Assembly: GCA_024239035.1 (NCBI GenBank)
Contig: JANBVK010000001.1
Location: forward strand, 338,115-402,114
Direction: 5' to 3'
Length of the DNA stretch: 64,000 nucleotides
DNA from: Patescibacteria group bacterium
GTDB lineage: Bacteria; Patescibacteriota; Minisyncoccia; UBA6257; GWB1-50-10
Positions within the stretch are counted from its first letter, which is position 1. Each line of letters starts with the position of its first letter. Position numbers and translations under genes: made by a program. This document shows positions 10,208 through 21,052 of the stretch, piece after piece. The notes under the pieces were generated by a model. That model was given only the letters and a program-made list of their open reading frames with translations, did no database searches and had not been told where the DNA came from.

Positions 10208-12253
10208 ATGAGAAAAAGTTTATCTATAACTTGGGTTATTCTAATCATGCTCCTTGCGTCTGCGTCTGTTGTGTACGCTGTTGTGAAAAATCTTAATGGT
10301 CAGACTGGAGACATTCAATCATTTGCCAATGATACTAATATCATCATTACATCCGCTAGTGATGTACATACGCTCGGTTGGAGTGGTGTGCTGCAATTAA
10401 CACGAGGAGGAACTGGAGTAGCAACCTTTACTGACGGAGGAATTTTGTTCGGTAATGGAACAGGAACTATTCAAGCATCAGCGGTGATGACAAATGGCCA
10501 ACTGCTTATAGGTGACGGAACTACTGAGCCTACACTCGCAACTCTTATCGGAACTGCTTCTGAGATAGATATTACCAATGCAGCTGGTTCTATCACCATT
10601 GGAATAATCGATCCCCTTATAGTGGGTAAGGGGGGAACTGGTGCAGCTCTCACTATTACTAAAGGAGATATGTTAGTCGGGGCTGCTGCCGGTGGAAATC
10701 TTACGAACGTTGCAATTGGAACTAATGGTTTTGTATGGACTGCGTCTTCAACTGCAACTAATGGGGCATCTTGGGAAGCATTATCTGGTGGCGGTGAAAG
10801 CGGAACTGAGATTGATATTTTATTTACTGCAGGTGAAGATTTAACTATTGGAGACCCAGTAGGTATAGGAACAGTAGCAAATGAAGTTTTAGTGGCTTTC
10901 AAAGATTTAGCATATAATGGATTTGGTTCAGAAACAGATTTTGAAACTGCTGCTACAGCAAATGGAGTAGCTGTTATTGATATTTCTATTAATAAGTTTG
11001 TAGTAGCTTATACAGATACTACTGCCGGTAACGTTGGGGTAAGAGTCGCTACCGTTGATGAAACTACTATTACTTTTGGGACTGAAGCAATTGCAACCAC
11101 TATTAATATTCCTCCACAAAATGAAGGATTAGATGTTTGTAAAATTGATACTGATAAGTTTGTTGTAATGTATGAACAGCAGACAACGGGAAATCAAAGA
11201 ATGAAAGTAGGTACTGTTGTTGGAACTACTATCACTTTAGGTTCGGAATTTGCTTTTGGTACACCGGTTGGGGCAGGGACTGCGCTTAGATGCGCTCAAC
11301 TGGATACTGATAAGTTTGCAACCATTGCAGCAGAAGATAGAGCAAGTGGAAGTTTGGTAATTGGGATTCACTTAGTAAGTGGAACAACAATTACGGTACA
11401 AGCAGGGGTAGATCAAACAGTAGTAACTCCTATGGTTACAGACGTTGCCAGACAATACGATATAGCCATTGCGCAAATTGGTGTTGATAAAGGAGTTATA
11501 GCTTATAAAAAGCAATCTGATACTCTCGGTTACGTTAGGATATTTACTGTTTTTGATGCTACAAGTACAACTCTTGGTACGGAAACTGTTTTTAATGCGG
11601 CAGCTACCAGTAACCTAGATGTTTTGAGTTTGACTGAAGATAACATCATTGTTTCTTTTAGGGACGAAGGGAATAGTAATCAAGGGACTTTTGTAGCCGC
11701 AACAATATCTGAAACTACTCCTACTTTTGGTAGTGAAGTTGTATTTGAAACAGGAGCAACAATTGTAACCTCTTTGACAAAAGTAAGTGATAGAATATTT
11801 GTTGTAGCTTATCAAGATACAGATGATTCAAGCAATGGTAAAGTTGTCTCAGGGGAGACTTCGTTAATAGGAGGAAACTCAGTCCAAAATGTTGGTTCAG
11901 CTTTAGCAATTACTACTTTTAATGCCGCAGATACCAATAGAATTGATGTAACTTCAATAACCCCCGGGGGAACAATAGCTGTCGTATTTCAAGATATTGG
12001 TGATACAAATGACGGGACAGCAATGGTCAATGATTCTTCAAGAGCCCCTAATTTTATAGGGATAGCCCAATCGACTGCAACTAGCAGTACTGCTTTAGAT
12101 ATAAGAATTGTTGGAGTGGATACGAATCAAAGCGGATTAGAGGTTGGTGCTAAATACTATGTTGACAATGGTGTTTTGTCTACCAATTCAGTAAATAGCA
12201 ATGATTCTTTTGTTGGATACGCAGTTAGTTCGACGGCGATCTTCATAAAATGA
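10208..12253 (+). CDS. secreted repeat protein (signal peptide; internal roughly 55-aa repeats containing DKFVVxY / GTTITxGxE)
   Basis: 681 aa. Signal peptide MRKSLSITWVILIMLLASASVVYA. Repeated blocks TTITFGTEA...LDVCKIDTDKFVVMY..., TTITLGSEF...LDTDKFATI..., TTPTFGSEV...VSDRIFVVAY. Confidence 0.5.
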   Translation: MRKSLSITWVILIMLLASASVVYAVVKNLNGQTGDIQSFANDTNIIITSASDVHTLGWSGVLQLTRGGTGVATFTDGGILFGNGTGTIQASAVMTNGQLLIGDGTTEPTLATLIGTASEIDITNAAGSITIGIIDPLIVGKGGTGAALTITKGDMLVGAAAGGNLTNVAIGTNGFVWTASSTATNGASWEALSGGGESGTEIDILFTAGEDLTIGDPVGIGTVANEVLVAFKDLAYNGFGSETDFETAATANGVAVIDISINKFVVAYTDTTAGNVGVRVATVDETTITFGTEAIATTINIPPQNEGLDVCKIDTDKFVVMYEQQTTGNQRMKVGTVVGTTITLGSEFAFGTPVGAGTALRCAQLDTDKFATIAAEDRASGSLVIGIHLVSGTTITVQAGVDQTVVTPMVTDVARQYDIAIAQIGVDKGVIAYKKQSDTLGYVRIFTVFDATSTTLGTETVFNAAATSNLDVLSLTEDNIIVSFRDEGNSNQGTFVAATISETTPTFGSEVVFETGATIVTSLTKVSDRIFVVAYQDTDDSSNGKVVSGETSLIGGNSVQNVGSALAITTFNAADTNRIDVTSITPGGTIAVVFQDIGDTNDGTAMVNDSSRAPNFIGIAQSTATSSTALDIRIVGVDTNQSGLEVGAKYYVDNGVLSTNSVNSNDSFVGYAVSSTAIFIK

Positions 12254-12274
12254 GGACTATCGCCTAGAGACTGA

Positions 12275-13483
12275 TTAAAATCTCTCTCTTATCCACCTTT
12301 GGAAATTTAAGCTCAATTTGTATTTTCTTTTCCATCGACTGATTGCTGTAATATCTCTATCTGTCTTATCTTCATGAGTATGTTCAGTAAGAGTACCTGT
12401 AGCGTGCTCATGTTCGTATTCAGCAAATTCTATTATCCCAGCATCACCTACGAACACATTTAATCCACTATCTACTGAGACTGTTTTGGGAGATACAAAT
12501 ATACCTTCACCGCCGAACTGATAAAGAAATTCTCCCTCGCTTGTGAAAATTTGGATTCTCTTATTCCGAGTATCAGCAACATATATATTATCATGTTTAT
12601 CAATGGCTATCTCGTGCGGATAATTGAATTCGCCCGGTTGGTCGCCTAGTGTCCCGTCGCCGCCGTTTCTGCCCCATTTAAGCAAGAAATTGCCATCTGG
12701 GTCAAACTTTTGGATACGGTTGTTGCCCCTGTCTACAACATAAATGTTGTCTTCGCTGTCAGATTCAATGTAGTAAGGTTGGTTGAACTGCGCATCCTTA
12801 TTTCCAATAGTCGTAGCGTATTGAACATCTATAATGCCATTCACTGACTCATATTTTTTGTTTAAAAAGTGAGTAAGTTCTCCATTTTTATCAAACTTTA
12901 TTACTAGGTTACTACCGTAATTTGAAATGTAAGAGTTGCCGGAACTGTCAAAGGTTATTCCTAGTGGCTCGATAAGCAGATTGATTGTCTTGCCACTGTT
13001 TGATTCTGCTAATATCTTGAAGTTGTCAATGAATTCGCCTTCTTGGGTAAATTTGGATACTCTATTGTTCTTTTCCTCAACTATCCAAATATTACCTTCT
13101 GGGCCAATGGTTAGGTCGGCTGGGTGGTCTAACTGTCCTGGCTCACTACCTAGTTCTCCAAACCGGGAAACAAAGACACCATCGAGGGTAAATTTTTGAA
13201 TGTTGTTATTAGTGCAATCTGATATAAGAATAAAACTACCATTCTCGTCTTCAATAATATCCGAGCCATAAGGCAGGTCGAATTCGCCTTCATCTGTTCC
13301 ATAACTACCCCACACCAAATCACGCTCGTAAGAGAACCCTAATTCTTTTTCTTGTTCTTTGTTTATCGAATTTACTCCCCAGACAATCAAAATAATTAAG
13401 ACAGCCCCTATTCCTATTTTCCAAAAGATTTTATTGGTCATTTTAAGCGGATCGCCTGCAATATTACTTTTTAGATAGACCAC
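12275..13483 (-). CDS. NHL-repeat beta-propeller protein, membrane-anchored, His-rich C-terminus
   Basis: 402 aa. Repeated motifs DNIYVVDRGNNRIQKF, DNIYVADTRNKRIQIF, GNIWIVEEKNNRVSKF (NHL). TM segment KIGIGAVLIILIVWG. Likely true start at the Met at 13441 (MTNKIFW). C-terminal EYEHEHATGTLTEHTHE. Confidence 0.6.
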   Translation of the reverse strand: MVYLKSNIAGDPLKMTNKIFWKIGIGAVLIILIVWGVNSINKEQEKELGFSYERDLVWGSYGTDEGEFDLPYGSDIIEDENGSFILISDCTNNNIQKFTLDGVFVSRFGELGSEPGQLDHPADLTIGPEGNIWIVEEKNNRVSKFTQEGEFIDNFKILAESNSGKTINLLIEPLGITFDSSGNSYISNYGSNLVIKFDKNGELTHFLNKKYESVNGIIDVQYATTIGNKDAQFNQPYYIESDSEDNIYVVDRGNNRIQKFDPDGNFLLKWGRNGGDGTLGDQPGEFNYPHEIAIDKHDNIYVADTRNKRIQIFTSEGEFLYQFGGEGIFVSPKTVSVDSGLNVFVGDAGIIEFAEYEHEHATGTLTEHTHEDKTDRDITAISRWKRKYKLSLNFQRWIRERF

Positions 13484-14226
13484 TGGGAGGCAGCAAAAAT
13501 GATAAGGGTTATAAAAACAAAAAAAGCGAGTTCACGAAAAATAAAAGATAAATTCAAAAAACCCCTGAAATGGACCGCCAAACTATCTCTCACCAATAAG
13601 AAAAAAAGCGTTAAAAACACTGCGGCATTTATAAAACCAAGCGGTAAAAAACTGGTGAGCCAGGCAATTTCCACCGCCAGAATGCCGACAATCCCGAGGG
13701 CGGCAAGCGTCCTTTTACCTTTATAGATGCCAAAGAATTTAAAAACTTCCTCAAAAATCAAAACCATCATAAAAAATAATACTATCCCTAGAAACCAAAA
13801 ATTATCCGGCCGACCCAGATGAAAGACCAATAAAAAAAGTAAAAGCAGTAGCGAGGTATTAAAAATCCCATAAACCAAAAATTTATCTTTAAAAAAGAAG
13901 CTCATCAAACCTAAAAGGATAAAAAAAAGAAAAGCGAAAAGCGCAAGCGCAATTATAATAAATAGAGGCGGTGAAAACGAAGACAAAAGCAGTTTGATGC
14001 CAATCAAGCTGAAGATTGGTAAAAACCAAAACGAAACTTTGAGTAATCGCCGCTCCGTAATCTGGGAAAAGTAAATACTGACGAACACCGTAAAGAAAAC
14101 AGCTAGAGCAACCAGACTAAAATCAAACCACAAAACAAAAAGTAAGGTGAGTGTTGCGAGAGCCGTTTTAAACGGCAATCTCCACGCGGTTCGATCGGTT
14201 AAGAGAAATGCTAATTTTTTGGCCAT
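13471..14226 (-). CDS. hypothetical polytopic membrane protein
   Basis: 251 aa, at least 7 hydrophobic helices. The annotated start overlaps the 3' end of clpB by 59 nt, so the start is uncertain. Confidence 0.4.
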   Translation of the reverse strand: MAKKLAFLLTDRTAWRLPFKTALATLTLLFVLWFDFSLVALAVFFTVFVSIYFSQITERRLLKVSFWFLPIFSLIGIKLLLSSFSPPLFIIIALALFAFLFFILLGLMSFFFKDKFLVYGIFNTSLLLLLFLLVFHLGRPDNFWFLGIVLFFMMVLIFEEVFKFFGIYKGKRTLAALGIVGILAVEIAWLTSFLPLGFINAAVFLTLFFLLVRDSLAVHFRGFLNLSFIFRELAFFVFITLIIFAASQWSI

Positions 14227-16801
14227 CTTTAACTTTACCCCTCACCATTTTATCAGCAAGGCCATCAACAATAGTTTTCTGAATTAAACGCTTAATCGGC
14301 CTCGCCCCGTAATCCGGATCAAATCCTTCCTTAGCTAAATAATCTTTAACCTGAGATTTAACATTAAGAAAGATACCGCGTTTTTTTAATCGTTCTTGAA
14401 CTTCGATGAGCTGAATATCCACAATCTTCCGAACCTGAACGGGAGTCAACGCATTAAATATAACAATTTCATCAAGCCGGTTAAGAAATTCAGGTTTAAA
14501 CGTGTGTTTCAGAGCATCCATTGCTTTTTCCCGAAACCCGTCTTCTTCTTTAGAAAAAGTTTCTCCGCTAGCACCTGACTCAAAACCTAAGGATGACATT
14601 TGACGGAAATATTCACTGCCAACATTAGATGTCAAAATAATAATGGAATTTCTGAAGTTAACGGTTTTCCCTTTGCTGTCGGTAAGCCGGCCATTATCAA
14701 GCACTTGAAGTAAAATATTAAAGACTTCAGGATGAGCTTTCTCAATTTCATCGAATAAAATTAGTGAGTAAGGACGGTGACGAATCGTCTCAGTGAGTTG
14801 TCCCCCCTCTTCGTGGCCAATGTAGCCGGGCGGTGAACCAATAAGACGTGAGATGGCGTGGCGTTCCATGTACTCTGACATATCAATACGAATTAGAGCT
14901 TTTTCATCATTGAACATGAAAGTTGCCAGAACCTTAGCCAATTCTGTTTTCCCTACACCGGTCGGACCCAGAAACATAAAAGACCCTGCCGGCTTGTCTT
15001 CGTCAGCTAAACCAGTTCGTGAACGCCTGAGAGCCCGGGCAACGGCGTTTATTGCCTCTTTCTGACCAATCACTTGCCCTGATAGTTCGCTATCCAGCCG
15101 GACCAATTTCTTCATCTCCGACTCAAGCATTCTCGCAACTGGAATCCCGGTCCAGCGGGAAACCACAGCCGCTATATCTTCATCATCAACGTACTCTTTA
15201 ATAAATTTACCTTTCCGTTCAACTTTGAAGTAACGTTTTTCAAATGATTTAAGTTCGCGCAGGGCTTTAGGCAGTTCACCATAAGTAATTTGAGCCACCC
15301 GTTCCAGGTCCCCCTCTCTTTCAGCAACCTCGGCAAAACGACGGAGATCGTCAACCACCTTTCTTAAATTGTGCAAATTCTCAACAGCGATCTTTTCAGC
15401 GTGCCAACTAGCTGAAAGAGTATCATTCTCCTCCTTAAGTTTAGTAAGTGCTTTCCCTACTTCTTTTAGACGATCAATCGTCTTTTTAGATTTATCCTTA
15501 CTAAGAGCTGATTTCTCAACTTCTAAACGGGTGATTTCCCGGCGCAACTTATCAATCTGGCCAGGCGTACTGTCAGATTCAAGGCGCCTCGCGGCAGCAG
15601 CCTCGTCAATCAAATCCACTGCCTTATCGGGCAAAAAACGGTCAGTAATGTAACGAGCGCTTAAATTCACCGCGGCAATAAGAGCTTCATCGCTAATTTT
15701 CAAACCGTGGTGCATCTCATATTTTTCTTTGAGACCTCTCAAAATTGTAATACTATCCTCAAGGTTCGGCTCTTCTACTAAAACCGGCTGAAACCGGCGT
15801 TCAAGAGCGGCATCTTTCTCAATATGTTTCTGATACTCTTTCAGGGTAGTGGCCCCGACGGCGTGAAGTTCACCTCTGGCTAGGGCTGGTTTTAATAAAT
15901 TAGACGCATCGATCGCCCCTTCAGCCGCCCCGGCACCGACTATCATATGAATTTCATCAATAAAAAGGATAATTCTCCCGGCTGATTGCTGAACTTCTTT
16001 TAAGAATGCCTTCAGCCGATCCTCAAACTCTCCCCGGAATTTCGTACCGGCAATAAGCGATCCTAAGTCAAGCATAACAACCTCCCTATCCTTCAAAGAT
16101 TCAGGAACATCCCCCGTCACAATCCGCTGAGCCAACCCCTCAACAATAGCTGTCTTACCAACGCCCGGCTCGCCAATAAGCACCGGGTTGTTTTTCATCC
16201 GGCGGCTTAAAATTTGTGTCACCCGTCTTAACTCTTCATCCCGCCCGATTACCGGGTCAAGCTTTCCATCTTTCGCTCTCTGCGTTAAGTTGATCGCGTA
16301 TTTTTCTAAAACTTGAAATTTGCTCTCCGGCATCTCATCAGTCACCCGCACCGAACCCCGAAGGTGGGCTAAAACACGTAAGAGAGCGTCACGACGGATG
16401 CCGAAACGAGTTAGAGTTTCTCGAGCTGCCGAAGGAACGTCCAAAAGAGCTAAAATCAAGTGTTCACAAGACACAAATTCATCTCTTTGTCTTAAAGAAA
16501 TACCAGCGGCTCGATCCAAGACCTTCATTAACTCCTGAGAAAGATAAAGCTGACTGACGTTACTGCTGCCCGAAAAAATCTTTGGAAGTTTTGTAAGCTC
16601 ACTTTCTAATTCTTTCTCGAGCTCTGCCAGGTTCACATTAGCCCGAACGAGCATTGGCCGAACAAGAGTGGTATCATCGCCAAGGAGTGCGTGCAGCAGA
16701 TGTAGGGCTTTTAATTCGCCGTGATTGTACCGCGCGACAAGTTCTTGCGCACTCTGAAGCGCTTCTTGAGCTTTAATAGTAAAACGATGGAAGTTTGGCA
16801 T
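14168..16801 (-). CDS. clpB: ATP-dependent chaperone ClpB
   Basis: 877 aa. Two AAA+ modules ([15 protein letters not shown]; [16 protein letters not shown]) separated by a long coiled-coil middle domain. Clp N-domain at the N-terminus. Confidence 0.9.
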   Translation of the reverse strand: MPNFHRFTIKAQEALQSAQELVARYNHGELKALHLLHALLGDDTTLVRPMLVRANVNLAELEKELESELTKLPKIFSGSSNVSQLYLSQELMKVLDRAAGISLRQRDEFVSCEHLILALLDVPSAARETLTRFGIRRDALLRVLAHLRGSVRVTDEMPESKFQVLEKYAINLTQRAKDGKLDPVIGRDEELRRVTQILSRRMKNNPVLIGEPGVGKTAIVEGLAQRIVTGDVPESLKDREVVMLDLGSLIAGTKFRGEFEDRLKAFLKEVQQSAGRIILFIDEIHMIVGAGAAEGAIDASNLLKPALARGELHAVGATTLKEYQKHIEKDAALERRFQPVLVEEPNLEDSITILRGLKEKYEMHHGLKISDEALIAAVNLSARYITDRFLPDKAVDLIDEAAAARRLESDSTPGQIDKLRREITRLEVEKSALSKDKSKKTIDRLKEVGKALTKLKEENDTLSASWHAEKIAVENLHNLRKVVDDLRRFAEVAEREGDLERVAQITYGELPKALRELKSFEKRYFKVERKGKFIKEYVDDEDIAAVVSRWTGIPVARMLESEMKKLVRLDSELSGQVIGQKEAINAVARALRRSRTGLADEDKPAGSFMFLGPTGVGKTELAKVLATFMFNDEKALIRIDMSEYMERHAISRLIGSPPGYIGHEEGGQLTETIRHRPYSLILFDEIEKAHPEVFNILLQVLDNGRLTDSKGKTVNFRNSIIILTSNVGSEYFRQMSSLGFESGASGETFSKEEDGFREKAMDALKHTFKPEFLNRLDEIVIFNALTPVQVRKIVDIQLIEVQERLKKRGIFLNVKSQVKDYLAKEGFDPDYGARPIKRLIQKTIVDGLADKMVRGKVKDGQKISISLNRSNRVEIAV

Positions 16802-16822
16802 GCGTAAATAATCCTCTTTATA

Positions 16823-18076
16823 TCATAAATCCGGTCTTTCTTCAAGTGTCACGCTAAGCGTAACTATCTCTCCTCCGCGGCGTACTTTAATGAGTATTGT
16901 ATCACCAATATTATACTTTTGAATTAAAAGACCGAGTGGATTATCTTTATTAACGCGCACATTCTGAATCTCCAAAATAATATCTTCAGCCATAAGTCCG
17001 GCTCTAGAGGCGGGTGAATCAGGAATTACGCCCGGACCATCGTCCCCCCCTCGAATAAGCGCTCCGTAATCAAACGTCACATTTTGCTCCTCCGCAAACT
17101 CGGGAGTAATTGTAAAGTAGCGAACGCCAAGATAAGGCACTTTGATGCTTCCTGTTCGCTCCACTGAGTCTATATCACGTTTAGCTTGGTTAATCGGAAT
17201 CGCAAATCCTATATTTTGAGCGCCGACGGCAAGAGCAGTATTTACGCCGATAACCTCCCCTTTCAAGTTTAGAAGCGGACCACCAGAGTTGCCGGGATTA
17301 ATTGCAGCATCTGTCTGAACAACTCCCTGAAGCGTCTCAGCGCCTCTCTGCCCAGATGCGGTTATGGTGCGTGCGAGACCGGAGATCACGCCAACTGAGA
17401 CAGTGTTCCGAAGTTCACCTAGAGAATTCCCAATCGCAATAGCGGTCTGACCGAGTTTTATGGCATCTGAGTCACCAAGCACCGCGGGAATGAATCCATC
17501 GGCCGGTGGGTCAATTTTGATAATTGCTAAATCCTGCACAGGATCTCGCGCCAACACCTCCGCATCGTGTTTTTTACCATCATTAGTGAGCACTGTATAT
17601 TCAGCCCCAGCATCGGCAACCACGTGCTTGTTAGTTAAAATCATGCCGTCTACTGAGACAATAAATCCGGTGCCGCCGCCAACTTCCCTGCGCTCAGTAC
17701 CCCTCTCACATGGTTGAAAAAATTCAAAACCACGAGAACCGAAAAAATCCTGAAATCCCGGAGGAAGATCGCCAAAGGGGTCATACGAACACCGCTCAAT
17801 AATAGGTAAATCTTTTGTGACGACGATTGAAACTACGCTCGGTTCGGCTCTCTCAACCGCTCGTATCACCGCTTCTTCATAATCAAGAGCTGGTTTGTAA
17901 AGTTCAACCGGCTCCGGGGTTGATGGAGAAACCTGCTGTTCTACCCTCAGTTTTGTAAATAAATTTAGGAAATCGTCAATAATATTCGCATCCGCAAGCT
18001 GCGCCGAAATAAGCGATCCAAAAAACCCGCCAACTAAAGCTGAAGCTATTATGATAGTCAGTAGTCTTTTAGACAT
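16823..18076 (-). CDS. HtrA/DegP-family trypsin-like serine protease with PDZ domain
   Basis: 417 aa. GTGFIVSVDGMILTNKHVV and GNSGGPLLNLKGEVIGVNTA catalytic-region motifs. N-terminal TM. Confidence 0.85.
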   Translation of the reverse strand: MSKRLLTIIIASALVGGFFGSLISAQLADANIIDDFLNLFTKLRVEQQVSPSTPEPVELYKPALDYEEAVIRAVERAEPSVVSIVVTKDLPIIERCSYDPFGDLPPGFQDFFGSRGFEFFQPCERGTERREVGGGTGFIVSVDGMILTNKHVVADAGAEYTVLTNDGKKHDAEVLARDPVQDLAIIKIDPPADGFIPAVLGDSDAIKLGQTAIAIGNSLGELRNTVSVGVISGLARTITASGQRGAETLQGVVQTDAAINPGNSGGPLLNLKGEVIGVNTALAVGAQNIGFAIPINQAKRDIDSVERTGSIKVPYLGVRYFTITPEFAEEQNVTFDYGALIRGGDDGPGVIPDSPASRAGLMAEDIILEIQNVRVNKDNPLGLLIQKYNIGDTILIKVRRGGEIVTLSVTLEERPDL

Positions 18077-18095
18077 ACCAAACTTAATTTGTGAG

Positions 18096-18866
18096 TTACT
18101 CTATCTCGTAACTCATCGTTACATTCACAACCACCTCCTGGCTCCCTGGCTCAATATCAGGAGTGACAGCGCCACCCACTCCTAGCGCCGCTTCTCTAAA
18201 GAAAACCGGAGGAGGAGTGCGACCCGATTCGCTAATTGAGAGAAGTCGCCCCAACCTAAAACCTGCTGCTTTAGCAATTGATTTTGCTTTCTCGTTAGCT
18301 TTTGCGATCGCTTCCGCCCGCGCCTCACTTTGGAATTGATCTGGATCATCTATTGTGAAGTTTAGCTGGGAAACAGTGTTAGCGCCGCTTTGAACGACGC
18401 CGGCGAGGATATTGCCAATCACAGTAAAGTCTCTCACCTTCACAAGTATTGTCTGAGTAATTGTATATCCCACTATCTCGGGTGGCGGACAAGGTTCTGC
18501 CTCAACGGCCGCACGAGGGCAACTATAACGCTGGTAACGGGGTGTTAAATTATAACTTTGGGTTTTGATATCTTTATCATCAACGCCGCTAGATTTCACA
18601 AACGCGATTGCTTGATTTACCTTCCCGGTATTCTCGTCCTGTAAACCGGCAATATCTGTTTCACCTTCTGTTACAACACTAAAAGTAAATTCTGCTACGT
18701 CCGGTACTGTTATCACTTTACCCTCACCTGAGACAGAAAAACTCCTGAAAGATGAAGGTTCAATTGATTTGGAGTAAGAACGCGTGTAACTCCACGCCGA
18801 AGATGCCAGAACTAAAATCGAGATAATAACCGCGATGCCTAAATAATTCCTTAATTTGTCGCTCAT
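18096..18866 (-). CDS. SIMPL-domain (DUF541) protein
   Basis: 256 aa. N-terminal TM. ...TQTILVKVRDFTVIGNILAGVVQSGANTVSQLNFTIDDPDQFQSEARAEAIAKANEKAKSIAKAAGF, typical SIMPL. Confidence 0.7.
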   Translation of the reverse strand: MSDKLRNYLGIAVIISILVLASSAWSYTRSYSKSIEPSSFRSFSVSGEGKVITVPDVAEFTFSVVTEGETDIAGLQDENTGKVNQAIAFVKSSGVDDKDIKTQSYNLTPRYQRYSCPRAAVEAEPCPPPEIVGYTITQTILVKVRDFTVIGNILAGVVQSGANTVSQLNFTIDDPDQFQSEARAEAIAKANEKAKSIAKAAGFRLGRLLSISESGRTPPPVFFREAALGVGGAVTPDIEPGSQEVVVNVTMSYEIE

Positions 18867-18910
18867 GAAAGTGATTCTAACTACTTAAACGGTTCTGTCA
18901 ATTATTAGTT

Positions 18911-20161
18911 TCACAAACTCACGTTCCGAACATCTTCAAAAACTTTCTTAATTCTCTCCAAAGCTTCTTTAATTTCTTGTCTGTCTGTAAACCTACCCAA
19001 ACTGAAACGTATACTATTCTTAATACGTTTAGTTGGTAATCCTAACGCCTCAAGCACATGCGAAGGTTTAGTAGAACGCGCCCGGCAGGCAGAGCTGGAA
19101 GAGACAGCCACACCGGCCATATCGAGTTTAATCAATAAATCTTCAGCTAAGTGATCGGGAAAATAAACATTTAAAATATTGGGTAAGTATTTTGGTTGCC
19201 CTAGGTTATAACCTAGGTTATAACCTAGGGCAACTTCTTCGGGGTTTGTATCAGCTGAAGGATAGATTTTTTTTAATCCTTTCCAGAAGTAATCTCTAAG
19301 TTCCTTAATTCTCTCGTTTTCCAATTCACGTTTATCCCGAGTAGGATCGACTGGGATATGCTTAGAGATTAATTCTATTGCCCTCGCGAAACCGACAATC
19401 CCCGGGATATTTTCGGTTCCAGAACGCAGGCCAAATTCCTGGCCACCGCCAGTAATAAGAGGGTCTACCTGCCTGCTGGGTAGGGATTTTTGGGTTTCAG
19501 GCTCTAAGTTACGGACATAGAGTGCTCCGACCCCTTTCGGACCGTAGATTTTGTGAGCAGACAATGTCATCAAGTCAACACCAAGTTCATCTACATCACA
19601 ATCCAGATATTGAAATGCCTGAACCGCATCAGCATGAACTAAAATTTTTGAGTTAAACCCCTTGACGATTTTGGAAATTTCGGCAACGGGCTGAATCACA
19701 CCCACTTCATTATTCGCATACATTATAGAAACAAGAACCGTCCGCTCATCCAAGGAAGATTTTAGCCCTTCTAAATCAACAAACCCCTCACGACTGACCG
19801 GCAGGTAAACTACCTCTACATCCTCTTCCTCCAAATCCCGGGCAGTTTCTAAAACCGACTCATGTTCAATAGAAGATACTATTATCTTTAAAGGTAAAAA
19901 GTTGAAGTTTTTTACCACGCCGCGCAGCGCCAAGTTGTTTGCTTCTGTTGCGCTGCCGGTAAAAACGATTTCTTCAAATTTTGCCCCGATGGCTCCGGTG
20001 ATTGTTTCCCGCGATTTATCAACCGCCGCTATCGCCTCCTGGCCAAATGAATGAAGCGAACCCGGATTACCAAATTTATCGGTAAAATACGCGTTCATTG
20101 CTTCAAGCACTCTCTCATCAATCGGTGTGGTAGCCGCGTAGTCCAAATAAATTTTCTTCAT
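18911..20161 (-). CDS. cysteine desulfurase (NifS/IscS, class V aminotransferase)
   Basis: 416 aa. MKKIYLDYAATTP..., PLP-lysine region SAHKIYGPKGVGALYVR, active-site Cys region SSSSACRA. Confidence 0.85.
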   Translation of the reverse strand: MKKIYLDYAATTPIDERVLEAMNAYFTDKFGNPGSLHSFGQEAIAAVDKSRETITGAIGAKFEEIVFTGSATEANNLALRGVVKNFNFLPLKIIVSSIEHESVLETARDLEEEDVEVVYLPVSREGFVDLEGLKSSLDERTVLVSIMYANNEVGVIQPVAEISKIVKGFNSKILVHADAVQAFQYLDCDVDELGVDLMTLSAHKIYGPKGVGALYVRNLEPETQKSLPSRQVDPLITGGGQEFGLRSGTENIPGIVGFARAIELISKHIPVDPTRDKRELENERIKELRDYFWKGLKKIYPSADTNPEEVALGYNLGYNLGQPKYLPNILNVYFPDHLAEDLLIKLDMAGVAVSSSSACRARSTKPSHVLEALGLPTKRIKNSIRFSLGRFTDRQEIKEALERIKKVFEDVRNVSL

Positions 20162-20166
20162 GCAAC

Positions 20167-20730
20167 CTAATAAGAAGGGTTTTCTTCTTTAATTCCCAGC
20201 TCGTGATTCACATAACGAGCTAAGGCAAAAAGAATGCTCGAGAGACGATTTAGGAATTTAAGCACCGGCTCTCGCAATTGTTTCTCTTCTGAATATTTTT
20301 TGGCTTGTCTTTCAGTCCTTCTTGCAATTGCTCGCGCGACATCAAGACGAGCACTAAGCTCACTGCCGCCCACGATAATAAATTTTTCTATCTTTGGAAC
20401 AACACTATCGATTTCTTTGATAATAGTTTCTAAGTATCGAGTTTTATCCTCGTTAATTTTTGGGCTCTTTGGATAACCAAAACCTAATGCTGCAACTTCC
20501 GCCTGAACAACAAAAAGCGATTCTTGAATTTGCCCTACAACATTTGAAACGTTAACTAATCCTTTTTGAGAAAAATTATTTTCTGCCTCCACTCGACAAA
20601 AACCAACCCATGAATTTAATTCATCAAGACCACCAAGTAAATCAATCAACGTGTTGCTTTTAGAAATCTTCTTACCGCGGACCTCACTCTCACCACGGTC
20701 ACCTTCTCCAGTAAAAAACTTTGTACGCAT
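20167..20730 (-). CDS. ATP:cob(I)alamin adenosyltransferase, PduO/MMAB type
   Basis: 187 aa. FTGEGDRGESEV.GKKISKSNTLIDLLGGLDELNSWVGF matches the Cob_adeno_trans N-terminal signature. Confidence 0.6.
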   Translation of the reverse strand: MRTKFFTGEGDRGESEVRGKKISKSNTLIDLLGGLDELNSWVGFCRVEAENNFSQKGLVNVSNVVGQIQESLFVVQAEVAALGFGYPKSPKINEDKTRYLETIIKEIDSVVPKIEKFIIVGGSELSARLDVARAIARRTERQAKKYSEEKQLREPVLKFLNRLSSILFALARYVNHELGIKEENPSY

Positions 20731-20797
20731 AAATTCATTGTAACAAAACGGCTCAACGGTAAGTACCGTTGAGCCGTTCCTTTCTATCTGAAAAATC

Positions 20798-21040
20798 CTA
20801 CAATTGATTCAATTCAGCATCAATCGCTTCAAATTCTGCATCCAAGTCTATAAGATCAAGACTGTCTAAAACCTCAATAGCAGCGGAAGTTGTATCTTCT
20901 TCTAATAATTCCTCTACTAATACAGCCTCCTCAGTAACAACTGGAGCAGGAGTCAAAACTTGCCCCGTCTGCCACCGCCAAATAACAACTAGCGCCAGAA
21001 CAATTATTATAACAATGACTATGACTAAATTTTTTTTCAT
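20798..21040 (-). CDS. small single-pass membrane protein with acidic C-terminus
   Basis: 80 aa. MKKNLVIVIVIIIVLALVVIW, then a D/E-rich tail. Confidence 0.35.
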   Translation of the reverse strand: MKKNLVIVIVIIIVLALVVIWRWQTGQVLTPAPVVTEEAVLVEELLEEDTTSAAIEVLDSLDLIDLDAEFEAIDAELNQL

Positions 21041-21052
21041 GCTCCGAATTTA

